From positions 300,001 through 332,000 of the forward strand of contig NZ_CP019384.1 in assembly GCF_004102945.1 (NCBI RefSeq): a stretch of 32,000 bases of DNA, written 5' to 3'. The notes under the pieces are model-generated. The model was not told the DNA's origin and ran no database searches. It worked only from the letters and a program-made list of their open reading frames with translations. Shown here one piece after another: positions 31,551 through 32,000 of the stretch. A program made the translations under genes and the position numbers. Source of the DNA: Candidatus Velamenicoccus archaeovorus (lineage in GTDB: Bacteria; Omnitrophota; Gorgyraeia; Velamenicoccales; Velamenicoccaceae). The first letter of the stretch is position 1. Every line of letters begins with the position of its first letter.

Positions 31551-32000
31551 ATGTTTAAGATATTGGTGAGCGATGCGTTATCGGAAGAGGGGCTCGGGGT
31601 TTTGAAGAGCTCCAAGGATTTTGTCGTCGATGTCAAGACGGGGCTCAAGGCCGATGAATTGAAAGGGATTGTCGGGGACTATGACGCCCTTGTGGTCAGG
31701 AGCGCCACGAAAGTGACCGCCGAGGTCATCGAGGCCGGCAAGAAGCTCAAGATCGTCGGCCGCGCAGGCGTGGGGTTGGACAACGTGGACCTGGCGGCGG
31801 CGACGGCCAAGGGCATCATCGTCATGAACACGCCGGGCGGCAACACCATATCGACGGCAGAGCATACGATGAGCCTGATTATGTCTTTATCGCGCAATAT
31901 TCCGCTGGCGGACGCATCCATGAAAAAAAAGGAATGGAAGCGCAAGGATTTTATGGGTGTTGAGCTTTATAACAAGACCATCGGCATCGTCGGCCTGGGC
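31551..32000 (+). CDS. serA: D-3-phosphoglycerate dehydrogenase, N-terminal part (3' end outside window)
   Basis: This ORF is absent from the ORF track because it has no stop in the window; I translated it manually. MFKILVSDALSEEGL ... YDALVVRSATKVTAEVIEAGKKLKIVGRAGVGLDNVDL.AAT.KGIIVMNTPGGNTISTAEHT ... GIVGLG is typical of SerA, including the start of the NAD-binding GxGxxG motif. Confidence 0.92.
   Translation, partial: MFKILVSDALSEEGLGVLKSSKDFVVDVKTGLKADELKGIVGDYDALVVRSATKVTAEVIEAGKKLKIVGRAGVGLDNVDLAAATAKGIIVMNTPGGNTISTAEHTMSLIMSLSRNIPLADASMKKKEWKRKDFMGVELYNKTIGIVGLG

Overview
All supported genes lie on the + strand. The segment looks like the chromosome of a diderm (LPS-making) bacterium, with GC-rich coding sequence and short AT-rich or hairpin-rich spacers. 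I cannot assign a taxon. Gene order: aroC (partial), aroK, dprA, topA and a YitJ-like homocysteine methyltransferase/MTHFR fusion. A lipopolysaccharide supercluster of about 22 kb follows: hldD, xerC/D, waaA, lpxK, an LpxL-ELM1 fusion, a GT4-GT9 fusion, GT4, a polysaccharide deacetylase, GT9 and a GT9-GT9 fusion. Next is a small-gene island: a duplicated promoter module, two paralogous TM/coiled-coil miniproteins, a GC-rich multi-hairpin spacer and a BamE-like lipoprotein. The cluster continues with a deoxyhypusine-synthase-like protein, hldA, kdsB, kdsA, kdsD, kdsC, a fused lptC-lptA and lptB. The window ends with a trigger factor lacking its PPIase domain, clpP, a class-V aminotransferase and serA (partial). 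I found no rRNA, tRNA, CRISPR array, transposase, phage gene or recognisable defence gene. I cannot demonstrate a complete new system from sequence alone. The leads most worth following are: (1) a phased 8-bp repeat operator array around the clpP promoter region; (2) a GU-rich leader element of about 75 nt present twice, upstream of the GT4-GT9 gene and the aminotransferase gene; (3) the small-gene island that splits the LPS operons; (4) unusual domain fusions and losses (LpxL-ELM1, GT4-GT9, GT9-GT9, LptC-LptA, PPIase-less Tig); (5) a DHS-fold protein heading the heptose/Kdo operon behind a consensus sigma70 promoter. All family assignments come from motif recognition by eye, not from database searches.
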